Source of the DNA: a virus
IMG/VR virus record: IMGVR_UViG_3300025913_000021
Location: 1 to 64,000 of that record
DNA length: 64,000 nucleotides
Strand: one strand, 5' to 3'
Part shown: positions 38,723 to 49,765 of the stretch, piece by piece
Numbering within the stretch: position 1 is the first letter of the stretch
Layout: each line of letters starts with the position of its first letter
Program-made: the position numbers and the translations under genes
Notes under the pieces: generated by a model
What the model was told of the DNA's origin: nothing
Databases searched by the model: none
What the model saw: the letters and a program-made list of their open reading frames with translations, nothing else

Positions 38723-39802
38723 ATGAAGCGAACCAGGGTCATCCCCGGCGTCATCGCGTTCGTCCTCGGCGTCCTGCTGCTGACGTTCGCGATGCCGGGC
38801 CTGTCCGACGCGCACACGCCGTCGGCCAAGGGCACGTCGTCCTGCAAGAACCCCAACGACGGGTCCTGGACGGCGAAGTTCACGGTCTACAACGACCCGA
38901 ACTCGTCCTACGGCCAGGCCACGATCAGCGGTACCGGCACCGGGCTCGACGGCCAGACCATCACGGCCGGTGGGCACATCGCGCTCGACATCGACGAGCC
39001 CAGCTCGGTCACCAGCGTGACCCTGAGCGGCACACTGACGTGGACGAAGGACAACTACTCCGCCCCGTTCAGCGCCACGGCCACGCCGCCCAACGGCTGC
39101 AAGCCGAGTGCCACCCAGACGGCCACCACGACCGTCACGGCCACGGCCACGGTGCCCGGCCCCACGGTGACGGTGCCCGGCCCGACGCAGACCGCGACGG
39201 TGGTCGTCAGCAACACGGTGACCGTGACCGACACGCCTCCGGCCAGCACCGTCACGGTGCCCGGCCCGACCTCGACGGTGATCGTGCCCGGCCCGACCGT
39301 GACGGTTACCAAGACCGACACCGCGACCGAGACCGCCACGGCGACCGAGACTCAGACGGCGACCGAGACGGCCACGGCCACGGAGACCGCCACGGAGACG
39401 GCTACCGCGACCGCGACGGAGACTGCGACCGAGACCCAGACGGCCACTGCCACGGTCACCGCCGTGCAGACCGTCACGGCCACGGAGACGGTCAACAACA
39501 CCGTCACGGCCACGGTGACCCAGACGGTCGCTGGCCCGGCCACCACGGTCACCGTGACGGCTTCGGGCGGCAAGGTCACCGAGACCAAGACGGAGACCGC
39601 CACGGTCACGCAGACGGCGACGGTGACCAAGTACCAGTGCCCGCCGAACTCGACCACGCACAACGGTCACACCACGTATCTGGCCTCCACGGGTCCGGCC
39701 AACGCTGGCTGGCTCAGCGCGGTCGGCGGTGGCCTGCTCGTGCTCGGCATGGCGCTGACGTTCTCGGGTCGTTCGCGTCGAACGAAGCCGAATCACGCCT
39801 GA
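38723..39802 (+). CDS. Sortase-anchored (LAxTG) cell-surface protein with a Thr-rich stalk
   Basis: Signal peptide; TATETA / TVTVPGP repeats; LASTG + TM + RSRR. Confidence 0.85.
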   Translation: MKRTRVIPGVIAFVLGVLLLTFAMPGLSDAHTPSAKGTSSCKNPNDGSWTAKFTVYNDPNSSYGQATISGTGTGLDGQTITAGGHIALDIDEPSSVTSVTLSGTLTWTKDNYSAPFSATATPPNGCKPSATQTATTTVTATATVPGPTVTVPGPTQTATVVVSNTVTVTDTPPASTVTVPGPTSTVIVPGPTVTVTKTDTATETATATETQTATETATATETATETATATATETATETQTATATVTAVQTVTATETVNNTVTATVTQTVAGPATTVTVTASGGKVTETKTETATVTQTATVTKYQCPPNSTTHNGHTTYLASTGPANAGWLSAVGGGLLVLGMALTFSGRSRRTKPNHA

Positions 39803-39830
39803 CGCGGAGCGTAAGTTCCGTGTAAGGTCC

Positions 39831-39872
39831 GGGTGGGCGGCGGTTACCTGCGGGGGGAACCGCCGCCCACTC
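39831..39872 (+). terminator. Hairpin terminator
   Basis: GTGGGCGGCGGTT / AACCGCCGCCCAC. Confidence 0.6.
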
Positions 39873-40656
39873 TCGTCTTGCGAGAGAGGTCGCGCATGAC
39901 CAAGGCCAAGCTCACCGTGTGGATCAACTGGGATCCGGACGGTACGGGCGTCGGGGCAGACCTGCCCGGCCCGGACGCGATGGAGTTCGACATCGAGGTC
40001 ACCAAGCCCGAGGACACCATCACGATCACCATCGACCACGAGAAGGTGTCGATGACCACCCCTCACGAGCCCAGGTTCGTGACCTTGCCCCAGGAGGCAA
40101 CCGATGGCACCCACCAGGAATCGGACGAACATCCGTAGCGTTCCGGCGCTCACGGACGCGCCCGTCGGCACCAAGATCAGCTTCAAGGGCCTGCGCACCG
40201 AGTTCCGCTACGCCAAGCAGGACGACGGCATGTGGCGCGAGACCGCGCCGCTCATCGCCGGAGCGCAGAACGCCCGCGTGTGCGGCTCCGAGGAGCTGAA
40301 CCGGACCATCGACCGGACCACGCACGGCGGCTGGGCGCAGGTGCTCCAGTGACCACGCCCGCGCCTGACCCGCGCTTCCCGGATCGCCCCGACCACCCGG
40401 ACTTCTGGCGGCTCTCGCGGGCCGTCATCGCCAACGACACCCTGGCCGACAAGGGCATGCCGATCGAGGCGATCCTGGTCAGCCGAGGGCTCGACAACAT
40501 CGAGTCGCTGAGGTACATGGCCGAGCAGCGCGTCTTGCGCGCCTTCGGCCACAACTTCATCAGCACCGATGCCAAGGCGCTCATGGTCTCGCTCTACATG
40601 GACGCCTTCGCGGCTGCGCTCGGCTACGTCCAGGAGCGCGCGATCGAGGAGGGCAA

Positions 40657-41214
40657 GTGAAGATCGCACACACCGACTTCGACACGCAGCACCCGTGGCC
40701 CGAGGGCATGTTCATCCAGGGTGGTAGCTCGGGCCTGGTGATCCGGCCGCAGAGCAAGGGCGGCAACTACGGCACGGCGTTCGTCGAGGCGTTCCCCGAC
40801 GGCACGTTCATCCGTGGCGAGGGCGCGACCGTGCCCGAGGCGGAGACGGCGTGCTGGGAGAAGTACCAGCGCTACGAGAACTGCCCCGGCCTGAACGGGC
40901 ACGAGTATGTGCCTCACAACAAGGCCGGGCACGTCTACCGCAACGGCGCTGGCTTCTGCAAGCACTGCTGGCGGTTCGCCTCGCAGGTGTTCACGCCCGA
41001 GCAGCTCGGCTGCTTCTGCAAGACGTGCGGCACGCCGACGTTCTGGTCCCGGATCGGCGAGGACATGTTCTGCGAGGAACACGCCGACGACCCGGACACG
41101 CGGTGGCTCAAGCGTGAGCGGCTGCGTGCGGTTGAAGGTACCGAGGAGACCGTCACCGGCTCCGTGCTCGGGGACTTCTTCGAGCGCCTGGACCTGGAGA
41201 GGGAGGGCGGATGA
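40657..41214 (+). CDS. Cys-rich hypothetical protein
   Basis: Several CxxC motifs. Confidence 0.7.
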   Translation: MKIAHTDFDTQHPWPEGMFIQGGSSGLVIRPQSKGGNYGTAFVEAFPDGTFIRGEGATVPEAETACWEKYQRYENCPGLNGHEYVPHNKAGHVYRNGAGFCKHCWRFASQVFTPEQLGCFCKTCGTPTFWSRIGEDMFCEEHADDPDTRWLKRERLRAVEGTEETVTGSVLGDFFERLDLEREGG

Positions 41215-42008
41215 CCACCTTCGACGACCTCACGCCCGGCCCGCTCATCATCGACGACAAGCTCGTCGAGGTGGCGCTCGTGGGCGACCGTGAACTCACG
41301 ATCACGTGGACCAAGGAGGACGGCTCGAAGCACACCACGTCGCTGTCCTGGCCGACCACGCAGGAGCGCGAGGCCAACTGGCGCAACGCCGTGAAGCTGT
41401 GGGCCGAGCGGCGGATCAGCGGCTGGTTCGAGGTCGCTGGCCAGGCGCAGTTCACGCGGCGGCTCGGGCACGGCTGGTACTTCGCCGTGCTGTCCGGCCC
41501 GCCGACGTGGTGGCTGCCGCGCGTGAAGGTCAAGCGCTGGCGGCTCATGGTGGGCTGGCTGCGACGGGGCTACGTTCTCAGCCGTGCCCGGTGACCCGCT
41601 CGAAGAAATACTGACGAGCATCGAAAACGGCGAGCATGCCACGACCGGCCGAGACTTCGGTCGTGGCATGGCCTACGCCGTGCGCCTGATCCGCGCCGCA
41701 CTCAATCCGAACGAGCCTGGTGCCGCTGAGGAAGTCGAACGTTCGACGACCTCGGGAGCTGGAAATGCCACTGCTCGTTCTGATGAACACGCCCTGCACG
41801 ACCTGCGGAAGCCAGGACGCCAGGCTGGTCGATGACGACCGCTGCCTGGAGCGCTACCTGGACGCCGGTGGCGAGCTGGACGACTACAACCCGGTGGAGC
41901 ACTGCGAGCACTTCGAGTGCACGAACTGCGGGAGCCGTTTCGACGGCTGACTAGCCCGCCTCTCCACTGGCATGATTCAATCCGAACAAGCCGGAGAGAG
42001 AGGCAGCC

Positions 42009-42881
42009 ATGACGATGTGGGGTGGGGGTGGATTCGACCCCGGCCTGAGCAGCAAGATCGACCAGATGCTCGCAGGGAAGCCCAGCGCGAAACAGCGTGT
42101 CGAGGAGTTCCTGGTCGATGAGCTGCACGTGGACCCGAGCAAGATCCCGCTGTCGTTCAAGGACGCCCGTGTTCTGATCAATCAGAAGATGGGCGAGCGC
42201 GACGCGGGATCTGCTCGTCTCCAGGGCAACTCGATGGGCCTGGTCTACGTCGAGTTCTTCAAGCAGGACCAGGATGAGCCCGACTCGTGCCCGAACTGCT
42301 CGGCCACGCGCATGGGCGGGGCCTACTTCTACCGATCCGGCAAGGACTGGATGTGCGACGACTGCGAGCAGTCGTTCACCTGGACGCCGACGAAGGCAGG
42401 CGGCGAGAAGGTCACCGAGCGCACCCACGCCTCGCTGTGGCCGGACCTGCTGCGCGTCTACACGTCCTTCCTCAAGCACGTCGAGCCCGAGGCCGTGGGC
42501 GATGCGCCCGACTGCGAGGGCTGCGGCGCATCCAACGCCGGTAGTCGTCGTGCACCGCACCTGTGTGACACGTGCGAGAAGCGACTCCAGGGTGGCAAGC
42601 CGATCGTACGGCCACCGGCCTTCACGAAGTTCATGGTCACGCACTCGTGGGCCGAGGCCGACGTGACCGGCGTGCCGGACAAGAAGCCCAAGTGGAAGCG
42701 GGCCGACAAGTACCCGACCGGCGCTCAGCTTCGGATCACCGACGGCACGGAGTTGATCTACGTGCGCATCGGCGGGCTGTTCTCGGATACCGATGTCGTC
42801 AACCTGGCCACGATGAAGCCGATCCAGAAGGTATCGGCCTGGACCGTCGTGGAGGTGCTCGATGACGAAGCCACTGGATGA
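42009..42881 (+). CDS. Multi-zinc-finger protein
   Basis: CPNC, CDDC, CEGC and CDTC motifs. Confidence 0.7.
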   Translation: MTMWGGGGFDPGLSSKIDQMLAGKPSAKQRVEEFLVDELHVDPSKIPLSFKDARVLINQKMGERDAGSARLQGNSMGLVYVEFFKQDQDEPDSCPNCSATRMGGAYFYRSGKDWMCDDCEQSFTWTPTKAGGEKVTERTHASLWPDLLRVYTSFLKHVEPEAVGDAPDCEGCGASNAGSRRAPHLCDTCEKRLQGGKPIVRPPAFTKFMVTHSWAEADVTGVPDKKPKWKRADKYPTGAQLRITDGTELIYVRIGGLFSDTDVVNLATMKPIQKVSAWTVVEVLDDEATG

Positions 42882-43098
42882 CAACCTGCACGAAATGGAG
42901 CCGCTCTCCACGGCCGACCGCTGCGATCGTTGCGGCGCTCAGGCGTGGGTGCGCGTCGGGATCGGCGACAGCAGCCTGCTGTTCTGCGGGCACCACTTCG
43001 CCGAGAGCGAGGACCGGCTGCGGCCGATCGCTTCCTACGTGCACGACGAGAGGGAGCACCTCCGTGCGAGCGAGAAGAAGGCTGCGACCGTCGGTTAG
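42862..43098 (+). CDS. Small actinobacterial-type zinc-binding protein
   Basis: LSTADRCDRCGAQA...LLFCGHH, recalled as a conserved actinobacterial small-protein family. Confidence 0.7.
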   Translation: MTKPLDDNLHEMEPLSTADRCDRCGAQAWVRVGIGDSSLLFCGHHFAESEDRLRPIASYVHDEREHLRASEKKAATVG

Positions 43099-43164
43099 CT
43101 TCCGCATCCGCGCCTGGCTGCATCGCCGGGCTCGGGAACGGGAGATCGCGGCCCTGCGCCGCCA

Positions 43165-43533
43165 GTGACCACCTACGACCTGTCCACCGCCGTCCGTGAC
43201 GAGTGGGACGACGGATTCGAGGACTGCGACGACTGCGCAGAACCGTGGGAGCAGCCCAAGTGGGACTGCGGCTGCTCACGATGCAAGCCCGGCCTTCGCG
43301 ACTCGGAGCGCTGCATCTGTCCCGCCAATCTCGTCATCAACGACGACGGCACCCGCCAGTGGCACGGCACCCTCAAGGGCAATACGGACGGGTGTCCAAT
43401 TCACATCCAGCCTGGTTGCCCACAATGCGGCGAGACCTGGATCAAGTCTTGGCGCTGGCCGAAGTGCGACTCGTGCGGCTGGACCGCACCGATCATCGAA
43501 GAAGAACCATCCGCGCTCGACCTGAGCGCCTAG
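43165..43533 (+). CDS. Cys-rich protein with tag PIIEEEP-SALDL
   Basis: ORF track; the EEE is encoded GAA GAA GAA. Confidence 0.65.
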   Translation: MTTYDLSTAVRDEWDDGFEDCDDCAEPWEQPKWDCGCSRCKPGLRDSERCICPANLVINDDGTRQWHGTLKGNTDGCPIHIQPGCPQCGETWIKSWRWPKCDSCGWTAPIIEEEPSALDLSA

Positions 43534-43550
43534 GACCCTGGAGGTCACTC

Positions 43551-44030
43551 ATGGGAATGTCCCTGTCCGTCAACCGCGAGAAGCTGCTCGCCCAGTTGAC
43601 CGAGAAACTCGACAAGATCGACAAGTTCTACGACGACGAGAAGGTCAAGCTCGAAGCGGCACTCACCGCGCTGACCACCGGCAAGGACGCCTGGGCCAAC
43701 TACCACCGCGAGATTGCCGAGGGTCTCGACAACGGCGACTACGTGTACGACAACGGCCGCATCAAGGTGGCGCGGGACCGGCACGGTCGCCAGGCGACCG
43801 GCAAGCCGTTGCCCGACAAGCCGGACAGCAAGCAGGCCAACAACTACGGCAACCGCCAGCAGATCGAGAACAACCTGGAGTGGCTGGAGCAGTACCGCCA
43901 GCGTGACCTGGAACCGGTGCGCGCCGCGATCAGCATCCTGAACCTCTCCGAGGACGAGTCGATCACCATCGAGGGCTCGGACTACGACCGGCTGCTCTCG
44001 CAGTCCGTCGGCCGCAACTTCGCCTGGTAG
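43551..44030 (+). CDS. Hypothetical protein
   Basis: CCCTGGAGG leader. Confidence 0.7.
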   Translation: MGMSLSVNREKLLAQLTEKLDKIDKFYDDEKVKLEAALTALTTGKDAWANYHREIAEGLDNGDYVYDNGRIKVARDRHGRQATGKPLPDKPDSKQANNYGNRQQIENNLEWLEQYRQRDLEPVRAAISILNLSEDESITIEGSDYDRLLSQSVGRNFAW

Positions 44031-44445
44031 ATCGTGATCTCCATCGAGGTCACCTCGCGCAACCGCATGGTGACCCTGCGTCGTAACCCGCCGAGGATGA
44101 TCTTCCTCACGGATCGGCCGATCGGCTTCTGGAAGCGCATGCAGCGCCTGCTCAACCGGTTCCCGCTCAACCCGACCCGTCGTCACCACGAGACCCTCAA
44201 GCCGCTGTTCGGCACCCAACGAGGTACGAGCAACGAGCCGGTCGCGAGCCGCAACGACCACCTGATGAAGCAGACCAACTGCTACACGTGGCTCGGCTTC
44301 GAACTCCTGATCTCCACGCGTTACCCGCTCACCGCAGAGGAGAGCGCGCAGTGGACGAGTCCGAGTCACCGAGACCGCTCGACGGCACTTCGCCACTTCT
44401 GATCCGACCCGACGGCACCTGCCGTCCTGAGTCCCTGGAGGACAC

Positions 44446-45243
44446 ATGCCCGCACCCGCACCCGGCAAGGCGACCATGAAGCTCACGCTCACCATCGGGA
44501 TGATCCCGCTGGCCCTGGACGTGTTCAGCGCGGTCGAGGAGTCCAACATCAGCCGATCCATGTACGTCAAGGACGGCGGCACCCTGCACAAGGTCGGCAT
44601 GACGACCTACGACACCGTGACCGGCAAGAACGTCGAGCGCAGCGACGTGATCAAGTGCGTCGAGACGCCCGAGGGTGACCTCGTGGAGGTCAGCGACGAC
44701 GAGTTGCAGGCCATGCTCGCCAGCGAGAACGGCACCTGCTCGTTCCTCGGCTTCCTGCCCCAGGACCAGTTCGACTACTCGACCGAGAAGCCGTACCAGG
44801 TGCGCCCGCAGCGGGCCAAGACGAAGCAGAACCCGTACGAGAAGCCGTTCGTGCTCATCATGGAAGCCATGCGCGAGACCAGCACCGTCGCGCTGCTCAG
44901 CTTCGTCAGCCGGGGCAAGACGCGCTACGCCGCGATCGACTGCGACGGCCACCTCGCCACGCTGCGCTTCGATGAGGAGGTGCGCGCCGAGCGGCCGATG
45001 CCGACCGTCACGCTCACCGCCCAGGAGAAGGCGATGGGCGTGTCGTTCATCGACAACTTCAAGGTGGACGAGGCCCCGGTGTTCCACGACGACGACTCCG
45101 AGCGCCTCATGCAGTTCGCCGTCCAGAAGGTCAAGACGCTGGCCGAGGGCGGCGAGGTCGTGATCCCGACGGTCGAGAGCGCGGCTCCGGCTGCCGGTGA
45201 CGACCTCATGGCGCTCATGGCCGCGAGCCTCCAGCAGAAGTGA
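44446..45243 (+). CDS. ku: Ku-like DNA end-binding protein
   Basis: TIGMIPLALDVFSAVE...VERSDVIK...VSDDEL...PFVLIMEAM...TLRFDEEVR...DDLMALMAASL follow the prokaryotic Ku pattern. Confidence 0.8.
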   Translation: MPAPAPGKATMKLTLTIGMIPLALDVFSAVEESNISRSMYVKDGGTLHKVGMTTYDTVTGKNVERSDVIKCVETPEGDLVEVSDDELQAMLASENGTCSFLGFLPQDQFDYSTEKPYQVRPQRAKTKQNPYEKPFVLIMEAMRETSTVALLSFVSRGKTRYAAIDCDGHLATLRFDEEVRAERPMPTVTLTAQEKAMGVSFIDNFKVDEAPVFHDDDSERLMQFAVQKVKTLAEGGEVVIPTVESAAPAAGDDLMALMAASLQQK

Positions 45244-46284
45244 CCGAGGAACGCAGCCCGGCCGCACTCAGGGCGTGGAAGCAGTCGCAACCACCGAGGC
45301 CAGCGAACCGATCGTTCGCGTCGCTGGCCGAGCTGGGCGCGTACCTCGACCAACTCGCGCCGGACGTGATCATCAAGTTCCACCTCGATCTCCTGGACAA
45401 CGCACGAGAGCGAGCGCTCTACACGATCGCCACGCTATTCGAGGGCACCTACACGGTCCACGTTCACGCCGAGGTCAAGGAGACACCCTGATGCAGGGCG
45501 AGATCATCAGTCACTCGAAGATGCGACAGGCGAGTGACATTGCCGACCGGCTTCGGGCTCAAGCACAGCAGATCGCCGTGCTCCCGAAGCCCCTCTACGA
45601 CGCGATCCAGGAGGCCCAGCGCTTCCTGGACGAGATCGCGTGGCTAGGAGCCGAACGATGAGCGCAACACCGCTGGAGCTGCTCCAGTCGATCGTGCAGA
45701 CGGCGTACGACCTCCAGCAGGCTCCCGACGACCTGCTGGCCAACTACGCCAAGGGCCTGAGCGACGTGGACGACATGCTCGACAGCATCAGCTCGGCCGT
45801 CGAGGACGAGAAGAACGAGCGCGAGGTCCCCGGTGACCTGCTCGGGAGGGACCTGCCATGACCACCATCAAGATCACCGATCCGGTGATCGAGGAGCGAC
45901 GGGCGAAGCGACAGACGCTCGTGTTCGTAATGCTCACGATTCTGACGGCCGTCGTAATCGTCTGCGACCTGCTCAGCGACATCTTCCTCCGGCCGCGTCA
46001 CCAGACGGCCGCGTACCACGTCGTCAACATCGCCACCGACTACGACCTCCAGGCGAGCGCGTTCGTGCTCGCTTGGATCATCGTGGCCGTCCGGGTCTGG
46101 AGGCGTCGGTGACCAGCGAGGACATCGTGGAGAGCGTCCACAACCTCGCGGTCGAACTGAGCGATCTCGACGGCATGACCGCCCGGGTGTTCCAGGCTGA
46201 CGACTGGTTGAAGGAGCGCGAGGAGCTGCGCAGTCGGCTGGAGACCGTACGCAACGACATCAGCGCGATCCTGGACGAGATCTG

Positions 46285-46641
46285 ATGGCCAGTGCACGAC
46301 CCGGCCCGAAGCAGTTCAGCGCGCCGATGCCGGAGATCCTGTTCGTGCTCGACAACGACTTCGAGCAGCGGTACTACCGCTCGCCGGAGACGGCTGCGCG
46401 GGGCATGGGTTGGCTCGCCAGGGACTACGGCCAGGTCGTTGCCTACCGGCGCATCGACGAGGGTGGGCCGAACATGGCGCAGGTCCGGAAGATCATGACC
46501 GACGCCGAGGCCGACTTCGCGAAGAAGTACCCGCGCGGTTGGCAACCAGGGATCTCGCAGGCCGACTTCCAGAAGGACTCGCAAGCGATGGACAAGCGCG
46601 TCCGCGAGGAGCTGGCGAAGCTGTTCGCGCAAGTGCGCTGA
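46285..46641 (+). CDS. Hypothetical protein
   Basis: TGATG coupled. Confidence 0.6.
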   Translation: MASARPGPKQFSAPMPEILFVLDNDFEQRYYRSPETAARGMGWLARDYGQVVAYRRIDEGGPNMAQVRKIMTDAEADFAKKYPRGWQPGISQADFQKDSQAMDKRVREELAKLFAQVR

Positions 46642-47172
46642 ACCTATCCACATGATCGGACTCGGGGGCTAGTATTCCCGAGTCCGATCGAATGTTCGTG
46701 ATCGCGAGGAAACAGCCCCGCGATCTTGGGGAGGAACCCGTGTCACAACCCCACATCACCGAGCTGGGGGCATTCGATCCGATCCAGGCGTTCTACGAGA
46801 CGTTCTCCAACCTGACGCGGCTGTTCGACGGCCTCAACCAGGACCCGGAGGCATTGCCTCCCGAGGAGATCATCCGCGCGACGATCGTGTCGGTGGATCT
46901 CCTGGAAGCGATCACGGAGACGACGCTGCACTCGATGCTCCTGATGCTGGCGAAGTTCGTGCCGCCCGAGGTCTACGAGGCCGCACGTACCGAGTACATG
47001 CTCGCCAAGGAGACGCGCACTCCCGACGAGGCGCGCGAGTACAAGATGACGTTGATGCGCAAGATCACGACGTTCATCCCGCACGAGGCTGCCTATCCGA
47101 AGGACGAGCCGCCTCCGGCACCCGACGCCTGATCCATCCACGTGCTTCGGCACCCTGACCCTGGAGGTCAAC

Positions 47173-48354
47173 TTGGGAAAGACCGCCTGGCGACCCGCAC
47201 CGTGGTTCGGACGGGGGAGCTGGCTGTTCACGGACGGAACCATCGAGCAGGCCCCCACGGTCGAGACCACGCCGTCGCAGCGGCGGTGGCGGATCAGCGG
47301 GACCGACATGTCCGTCCAGAAATACGACCTGCGCGACAAGATCGTCGCCTACATGCAGAACCGGGCGCGTGCGGCCGGGACGACGCTGTGGATGGAACTG
47401 ACGGACGACGAGGACAACGACGTGGCCCTGCACGAGAAGGTCGCGTGCGGCACCCACCAGAAGTTCTCGTTCGACAAGACGCCGCCCGTCAGCCTGGAGC
47501 GCGGGAAGATCCTCCCGATCGCCTTCGAATTCCGGCACGCCACCTACCCGCTGCGCGCGATGATCTGGGTGGTGCTCCGTACCGACGCGTACGGCGCGGC
47601 ATCGGTGTCCGCTGGCATCACCTACCGCGCCGGGGACACCATGCGCGCTGGCGATCACAGCGTGTCGCTCTACAACAAGGACCGTGGTTGGGCGCTGAAC
47701 CAGAAGTTCAAGCCCGACCTCGGATTCGAGTTGACCGAGACGCGCTTCGGTAGTCGGCCACGACAGGCGGCGGCGAAGTTCGTCGAGCTGTTGCAGCAGG
47801 CGCAGGAGGTCGATACGGTCCAGATCCCCGACGGTCGTGACCCGAAGGGACGCACGACGCTGGAGTTCCAGTTCGTGCGATCGAACTACACGCAGGACTT
47901 CTATCGCCAGTTGCTCGACATCGTGCAGTCGGGCCCGGCGATGGAGCGTTTGGCCGAGCATCTGAAAGGCATCCGCCGCGAGTTGAGCAACCTCGGCCTG
48001 GTCGCCCAGGACAAGGACGGCTTCGATCTCAACGCGCTGCTCAACGGCAAGCTCTCCGAGTTCCAGGTGCAGCTCGTCCCGCAAGAGCCGAGCGACACCG
48101 ACAAGGACGGCCACGGTCGCGACCCGCACCACAAGGTCCACCTGGACCTGGCGCACGGCGTGTTCGCCGTGAGCTGCAACCGGCACGACCTGGAGGAGGT
48201 CGCGGAGCAGTGGAACATCGCCAAGTTCAAGGCGGAGGTGACGGGCGAGACCGATGCGCTGCTGGCCTACGCTGAGGCGTACAACGACCCAGCCGAACGT
48301 GCTCGGATCAAGAAGATCGTCAACGAGCGACGGCTCCCCGCGCGTGGCGCGTGA
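47173..48354 (+). CDS. Hypothetical protein (393 aa)
   Basis: TTG start after the CCCTGGAGG leader. Confidence 0.7.
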   Translation: MGKTAWRPAPWFGRGSWLFTDGTIEQAPTVETTPSQRRWRISGTDMSVQKYDLRDKIVAYMQNRARAAGTTLWMELTDDEDNDVALHEKVACGTHQKFSFDKTPPVSLERGKILPIAFEFRHATYPLRAMIWVVLRTDAYGAASVSAGITYRAGDTMRAGDHSVSLYNKDRGWALNQKFKPDLGFELTETRFGSRPRQAAAKFVELLQQAQEVDTVQIPDGRDPKGRTTLEFQFVRSNYTQDFYRQLLDIVQSGPAMERLAEHLKGIRRELSNLGLVAQDKDGFDLNALLNGKLSEFQVQLVPQEPSDTDKDGHGRDPHHKVHLDLAHGVFAVSCNRHDLEEVAEQWNIAKFKAEVTGETDALLAYAEAYNDPAERARIKKIVNERRLPARGA

Positions 48355-48514
48355 CGCATGACGTGACGTTACGTGCACCTCACGTAGCGACGCGAGGCAC
48401 CGCCGGACAGAAATCCCACTTTCCACTGGACCCAAATCGTCAGACCCAAGCCGTACCATCCAACCCGAACGTTCGAGACTTCACCCGTCTCCCTGAGTCC
48501 CTGGAGGACACACC

Positions 48515-49765
48515 GTGACCAGTACCGTCAAGAGCAAGCCCGTCGCCGCCGCCGCTACCCCGGCGACGGAGAACACCCAGCAGCAGATCCAGCGCATCAT
48601 CGCCGAGATGGGCGAGACGCACTTCGAGCGCCGCGAGATCATCGAGGCGATCTGGACCGCCGCCGTCAGCCAGCAGCACCTGCTCATGGTCGGCCCGGGC
48701 GGCACCGGCAAGTCGATGATCTCCCGCGACTTCGCCTCCCGCGTGGACGGCGCGGCGTACTTCGAGATCGCGATGGACGAGACCACCACGCCCGACCAGA
48801 TCCTCGGCCCGCCGGACATCAAGAGCATGGTCGAGGAGGGCAAGACCCGTCGGGTCACCGACGGCATGCTGCCGACGGCGCACTACGCCTTCCTGGACGA
48901 GTTCTTCAACGCCAACGGCCCGGCGCTGCACTGCTGCATGCCGATCCTCAACGAGCGGATCGTGCACAACAACGGCAAGCCGGTCCCGACGCCGCTGCGC
49001 TCGGCCGTCATGGGCACCAACAAGCTCAACGCCGACCAGGACCAGGCGGCGCTCTGGGACCGGGTGCACCTGCGGCACCAGATCGGCTACGTCACCGACC
49101 GCGACAACCTGAACGCGCTGCTCAACGCGGCCGTCCTGCGCTCGGTGTCCACGTTCCAGACGCCGCAGCGGACCACGGTCAGCCTCGGTGACCTGGACAT
49201 GGCGCACGACGAGGCCATGCTCCTGCCGTACAGCGACCTCGCGGCCGAGACGTTCCTCAACCTCTACGAGGAGCTGGCGCGCAAGGGCATCGTGATCTCG
49301 ACCCGGCGTGCCGTCGAGGGCCGCAAGGCCGTGCTGGCGAGCGCGTGGCTCAACGGCCACGACGAGGTGCTCGTCGGCGACCTGTCGATCCTCCGGCACC
49401 TGTTCTGGAACCGGCAGGAGGAGGTCAACGAGGTCAAGAACACGATCCTCTCGGCCTGCAACCCGGGCGAGAAGGCGGCGCTGGAGTTCCTGGAGCAGCT
49501 CGACAAGCTCAAGGTGGACTACCAGGCGGCGTGCGACCTGGACGACATCAAGCGCAACACCGCCGCGATCGACGTGTTCAAGAAGGCGCAGGGCCTGATC
49601 GACAAGGCCGCGCCGCTCCGGGACACCGCCGTCGCGGCCGGTGCGGGCACGCAGCGCATCGACGACCTGATCGAGTCCAGCAAGGCGCTGCGGCTCAAGA
49701 TCGGCGTCGAGTGCTTCGACATGGACCCGAGCGACATCGACAAGGTGCCGTCCGGCCGTCGATGA
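48515..49765 (+). CDS. RavA/MoxR-family AAA+ ATPase
   Basis: GPGGTGKS, TTPDQILGP, AFLDEFF, ALWDR, ISTRR. Confidence 0.88.
   Translation: MTSTVKSKPVAAAATPATENTQQQIQRIIAEMGETHFERREIIEAIWTAAVSQQHLLMVGPGGTGKSMISRDFASRVDGAAYFEIAMDETTTPDQILGPPDIKSMVEEGKTRRVTDGMLPTAHYAFLDEFFNANGPALHCCMPILNERIVHNNGKPVPTPLRSAVMGTNKLNADQDQAALWDRVHLRHQIGYVTDRDNLNALLNAAVLRSVSTFQTPQRTTVSLGDLDMAHDEAMLLPYSDLAAETFLNLYEELARKGIVISTRRAVEGRKAVLASAWLNGHDEVLVGDLSILRHLFWNRQEEVNEVKNTILSACNPGEKAALEFLEQLDKLKVDYQAACDLDDIKRNTAAIDVFKKAQGLIDKAAPLRDTAVAAGAGTQRIDDLIESSKALRLKIGVECFDMDPSDIDKVPSGRR

Noticed and set aside
39100-39630. Nucleotide tandem repeats as a mobile or diversity-generating element
   Set aside because: They encode the Thr-rich stalk of the surface protein; no reverse transcriptase in the window.
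25621-45491. SSQETP* (25621) and EVKETP* (45491) as tag members; also YVITFPV (37421) and YVISGY (38111)
   Set aside because: They lack the invariant I-x-E core, so they were not counted, though they may be degenerate copies.
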